DNA of 53,092 bases, filler included, from Sluysia triapertura (Eukaryota): the NCBI GenBank assembly GCA_046118255.1. It is 4 parts of 4 records of this genome, joined end to end, with 100 filler letters (N's around TTAATTAATTAA, not from the genome) between each part and the next. Parts side by side here need not be neighbours in the genome. Positions count along the whole stretch, not along the records: positions 40,055 to 53,092 come from JBJNIA010064192.1; 3 more parts are not named here. One strand, given 5' to 3'. Below, piece after piece: positions 50,350 through 53,092 of the stretch. Position 1 is the first letter of the stretch. Each line of letters starts with the position of its first letter. Under the pieces are notes generated by a model. That model had not been told where the DNA came from, did no database searches, and saw only the letters and a list, made by a program, of their open reading frames with translations. Made by a program: the position numbers and the translations under genes.

Positions 50350-50937
50350 TATTTCCCATATATTTTTATATGAATGAATTAACATGTTAAATTGCATGAT
50401 GAAATTAATTTCAATAATGGGTGCATGGTTTTAATAAAACAGGTGATTTGTTTACTTTATTGTTTTTATTATTTTTAAATTTATATTTTTTAGTTTTGCT
50501 TATTTTTATTTCAGCAATCAGTTATTGTTATGTCATCATTGTATCATGCTTTCGTATTATGTCAGGTTAGCTTATTTTACATTACTTTTAATAGATTTAC
50601 TTACTAAAATAAGTATATTATAATTAATAAATATTGTTTTTAGCTATGGACAATGTATTGTGAAACGGCAGCCAATTTACAACCTGTTGGTTCCCAATTA
50701 CATTCTGATGCTATTTTGAAAGCTATGGAATTTTGGATGACAATTTTACCTACAATTTTACAACTTTTAACTATTTCTGATGATGTTAGATTTAAAGAAT
50801 TTGTTACATTTGTACACTATATGATTAAAGATGAAACATTTATTTATCACAAATTAATTTACTATGTGAGACTTAAAGCAGATTGTTATTCCAGCACAAT
50901 TAATGATGCAAATTGTAATTTTTTGTCTCAACATTAA
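50350..50937 (+). pseudogene. UNC79: UNC79 (NALCN channelosome subunit) C-terminal exons, probably a decayed duplicate
   Basis: Exons 50515-50565 and 50644-50784 splice in phase 0 to QSVIVMSSLYHAFVLCQ|LWTMYCETAANLQ...DAILKAMEFWMTILPTILQLL, matching the recalled UNC79 YHAFIFAQLWTVYCEQ...AILTALEFWSRVTPSILQL. The preceding AG..GT-bounded block 50350-50442 has stops in every frame. Confidence 0.7.
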
Positions 50938-51166
50938 ACATTTTTTGTGAATTAAACATTATCTGTTTACATTCATATTACATTATTAATTTTTAAATCG
51001 AACATTTAATTTGCAAGATATATCGATTTAACCCTTTAGCCAAATGTTAGTTATAGAATATACTTATTTAAATTTACTGATTCGTAAGTCATGTAAAATA
51101 TTTTATAAACTAAATATGTTGTTAAAAGAAAGTTAATTAACATAAAGAATTTGGGCAGTCACAATC

Positions 51167-51167
<1 letters not shown>

Positions 51168-51224
<57 letters not shown>
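51168..51224. repeat. (AAT)n microsatellite
   Basis: About 19 perfect units. Confidence 0.95.
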
Positions 51225-51225
<1 letters not shown>

Positions 51226-51279
51226 TAATATCTTGTAAACATAATACTCATTTTTTACTATTAACATTTTAAAAATAAA

Positions 51280-52890
51280 TAATGTTTATTTTAAAATAAA
51301 CTTGATTTTAATAAAATAATGTTAAAATAATTATGTATCTTAAATTAAAATGATATTAATCAAAAACTACTGAGATTATAATGTTTTAATATAAATTTAA
51401 AATGAGATTACATACGGTTAATATAAATTCAAAATTTAATAACAAATAACAATCAAATTTAAACTAAATTTGTATAAATAATCATTTTAAAGTGGGATTC
51501 ATTAAAGACAATATGAAATTAAAATTCATAAACATTAAACCTTACTATTATCTTAAAATAAGAATTAATAGTAACAATATGAAATCAAACTTTAAGAACA
51601 TAAAATCCGATTAAAATTATCTTACAAACATGATTTAGGATATTTTAAGACACGAGATAAATTATATTAAACTAAGATTAAAAATTTGATAGAATAGGCA
51701 ATATTGTATGTAATCAAAATTTAAAAGCATTATAATCGAATAAAATCATTTTAAACTAAGAATCAATAATAGAAATATGAAATAAAAATTTACGAACATT
51801 ATAATAGCTGGAAACACTTCCATATTAATTGAGAACAATTTTATAGGAGTGATTATTATTTATATAATGCATATATGAGTGATTGATTTATATATGAGTG
51901 ACTGTTATTATAATTTATATAACTTAGTAAGTATATATAAATATGAAGTATCTGACTAATTATTGATTAATTTTTGTTATTAATATTGACAAAATAATTT
52001 TGCAAGTAAATTATATGTGGATTTAACTGTACAAACCGTGCTAGTAAAGTAAAAAAGACAGACACAATAAGTTATAACAAAGGAATATATCATGAAAATT
52101 TCCAAAAGTTACTGAAACACTATTATTCAGTCACATTGGATTTCGAAAATATCCACGCTTGTTTACGATTTTTGAAAATTAGATAAGTTATATTAACAGT
52201 GTTGTCATTTAACTGAATCTTGAGTCACAGAGGCACAATTCAGATTTATTTACGATTTGAGAAGATTAAGGTAAGGATTATTTTCAATTTAGTGGGAAAG
52301 ATCCAGCCTTATTTTACCAAGATAAAATTATGTATAAAATTTCTTTTATACATAGTGGTTAAAGTAATTGTATAATTTTTATACCTATTTAAAGTGAATT
52401 AATAAATAGTTCGTGTTATTCTTCATATTTTACAACTAAACTAAAGGGTTTGATACTAGAGCCCATAAAGTTAGACCCTATCTCTAAATAATAGAAATAA
52501 TTATTAAAAGATTTTACAAATAAATATTAAAATAAATATCCTGCACAACTAGGACGAGTATACTAATTCATGCCTCCAGACAATTTGTTTAATTAATTAA
52601 TATAATACTTAAAAATTAGGTAGTTAATTAAAAGATACATATAGTACATATAAATCTTGAGTTTAGTGAAATAGTAACAATTATTATATTATATTATTAT
52701 CTTCAGTTAAATCCAAGTAGAAGAGAATATTATTATTAAAGAAGTTTAAATTATAAGAATTCATTCAAGTAAAGAAAGTCAGATTATTACCCGTAACATA
52801 TAGTTCATATTAAGAAAGGTTAAAAGTGCATTACAAGTATAAAATATAAACAGTGTTCGAACATATACAAATTTTGTAAAGTAAAACTAA
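51280..52890 (+). repeat. Dispersed repeat family B copy
   Basis: Colinear with 25700-27140 at both ends; includes GGACGAGTATACTAATTCATGCCTCCAG and GTTCG...TACAAA.TTTGTAAAGTA. Confidence 0.8.
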
Positions 52891-53007
52891 AGTAAGAATC
52901 CTAATTAGTAAAGAAATTATACGAATTCTATTATAAAATATAAGATAGTATTCAAACACAGTTGAATTATGTAAAAAATATCCATTTCATAAAATTATAA
53001 TATTTAC

Positions 53008-53009
53008 AA

Positions 53010-53063
<54 letters not shown>

Positions 53064-53075
53064 TGATGATGATGA
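53008..53075. repeat. Compound (AAT)n(GAT)n microsatellite
   Basis: An AAT array grades into GAT units. Confidence 0.9.
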
Positions 53076-53092
53076 AAAAATTAATAGTTGTT

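Noticed and set aside
50653-50937. Maverick cysteine protease interpretation (LQPVGSQL)
   Set aside because: No catalytic CG motif; the spliced product matches UNC79 much better.

Overview
Very AT-rich eukaryotic (animal) genomic DNA. The window is four contigs (1-13253, 13354-24587, 24688-39954, 40055-53092) joined by artificial 100-bp spacers (44 N + TTAATTAATTAA + 44 N), so adjacency across spacers is not biological. Host genes are sparse: gamma-tubulin complex component 2 (5' half, with eight 31-44 bp introns), the 3' exons of a TOX/TOX4-like gene, an intronless TEX261, a CCCH zinc-finger gene, and decayed fragments of UNC79 and V-ATPase subunit d. The micro-introns, extreme AT bias and divergent proteins suggest a reduced parasitic invertebrate such as an orthonectid; this is inference only. 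The rest is largely decayed mobile DNA: Helitron Rep, Ty3/Gypsy gag/pol, Maverick/Polinton capsid remnants, several MITEs and unclassified AT-rich repeat families. Contig 1 is the most unusual part. A Gypsy element carries, between integrase and its PPT/3' LTR, a PPxY-tailed membrane protein, an FN3-like membrane protein, a retropepsin and a RING finger preceded by a splice acceptor. Two chuvirus-G/gB-like envelope remnants each lie head-to-head with a gag, and one continues in frame into an aspartic protease. All protein family calls come from manual translation and recalled motifs, not from database searches.
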